Source of the DNA: Hydrolagus colliei
Lineage: Eukaryota
Assembly (NCBI GenBank): GCA_035084275.1
Contig: CM068766.1
Location: 5,332,001-5,396,000, forward strand
DNA: 64,000 nt
Direction: 5' to 3'
Of the stretch, positions 63,190-64,000 are shown one piece after another (positions within the stretch are counted from its first letter, which is position 1; every line of letters begins with the position of its first letter). The translations under genes and the position numbers were made by a program. A model generated the notes under the pieces. It made no database searches. It saw only the letters and a list, made by a program, of their open reading frames with translations, and was not told where the DNA came from.

Positions 63190-63570
63190 GCATCAACTCA
63201 AACCTCTCCTGATTGCACTCTCCTTCTCTGTCCTCACTGCATCAAATTCAACAATCTCACCTATCAATCCTTCCACTTCTTAGAATCACCCCATCTCTGT
63301 GACTTTTTCCTCATCCCACTCTCATGTTTGTTCCCTTCGCTCGACTAACTTGAGCTTGCTTCACACCCTCTATAACCTCATTGGTGATGATCCTTTAGCT
63401 ACTATGCCCCGAACCTCTGGAACTTGCTCTCTCTATTCCTCTGTCTCACCCTCTCTATAATCTTCTCTTCTTCTCCCTCTTTTCCCTCCCTCAGTGTCAA
63501 ATCCTGACCTTGTTGACCACTCCAAGATGTTACCCTATGTGAAGTGCACTGAATAGATGTAAATTGTTGT
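63190..63570 (+). mobile_element. Old L2 LINE 3' fragment upstream of exon 5
   Basis: Degenerate atcaaattcaa..., cctttagctactatgccccgaacctctggaac, and the tail motif. Confidence 0.6.
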
Positions 63571-63768
63571 GTATTTCTGTGTTATATCTAATCTTCTTCA
63601 CTCCCCACCCAACATGTTGATTATATAAAATGCAAGGAATGTAGTGGGTGAATATCTAATAGTTTATGCCAGAGCTGTTGGATGACCTGCATATTTGTAA
63701 TGGTTTACTTTCTAATTGATGAAGATCAGAATAAGAAGATAATTTTGTATTTTTCCATTGTCTCCTAG

Positions 63769-63818
63769 GTATGCAATACCCCCAGAACATGGCAAAAGAC
63801 TGGAGCGACTGGCTAAAG
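63769..63818 (+). CDS. KDM4B: KDM4B-like coding exon 5 (50 nt); gene continues beyond the window
   Basis: Acceptor tctcctag|G, donor AAG|gtaagc; completes the TG|G Trp codon and encodes YAIPPEHGKRLERLAK(G), the expected next KDM4 segment. Confidence 0.95.
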
Positions 63819-64000
63819 GTAAGCATGCAAAATTTAACGTTTACTGATCAGCAATGGATTCATTATAATACCCTATTAAAATCTTATCTCCTGTACATGG
63901 GAGCAACAGAGTGGCCAGGGGGTCATGTGCCTGATTTAAATTTAGGAATTTGGCATATTTGAAATCTTTCCTGGCATGAGCAAAATATGGACTAAAATAC

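Overview
Eukaryotic, repeat-rich vertebrate DNA. The repeat families (tRNA-headed Deu-domain SINEs with L2 tails, L2 and CR1 LINE 3' fragments, shark-type Penelope elements) point to a cartilaginous fish, probably a chimaera; this is an inference. The only host gene is the 5' part of a KDM4-family JmjN/JmjC histone demethylase, best matching KDM4B, on the + strand: five coding exons (22645-22776, 23469-23644, 25829-25943, 28810-29003, 63769-63818), a 34.8-kb intron inside the JmjC domain, and a candidate 5'-UTR exon. The rest is intronic. Most notable: (1) a short imperfect palindrome in the abundant SINE is hit by four independent insertions from three TE superfamilies, and other copies carry local scars there; (2) a non-autonomous hAT element encodes only a BED-finger protein and carries an 83-nt near-perfect hairpin; (3) related CpG-rich hAT MITEs include a head-to-tail dimer in one target site, nested in a CR1 that is itself inside a SINE; (4) a Penelope inverted repeat carries hammerhead-like motifs; (5) a cluster of cryptic/poison-exon signals lies in the large intron. 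No CRISPR array, rRNA or genuine tRNA gene was seen. Coordinates of old repeats are approximate, and many degraded SINE/LINE fragments are not listed individually.
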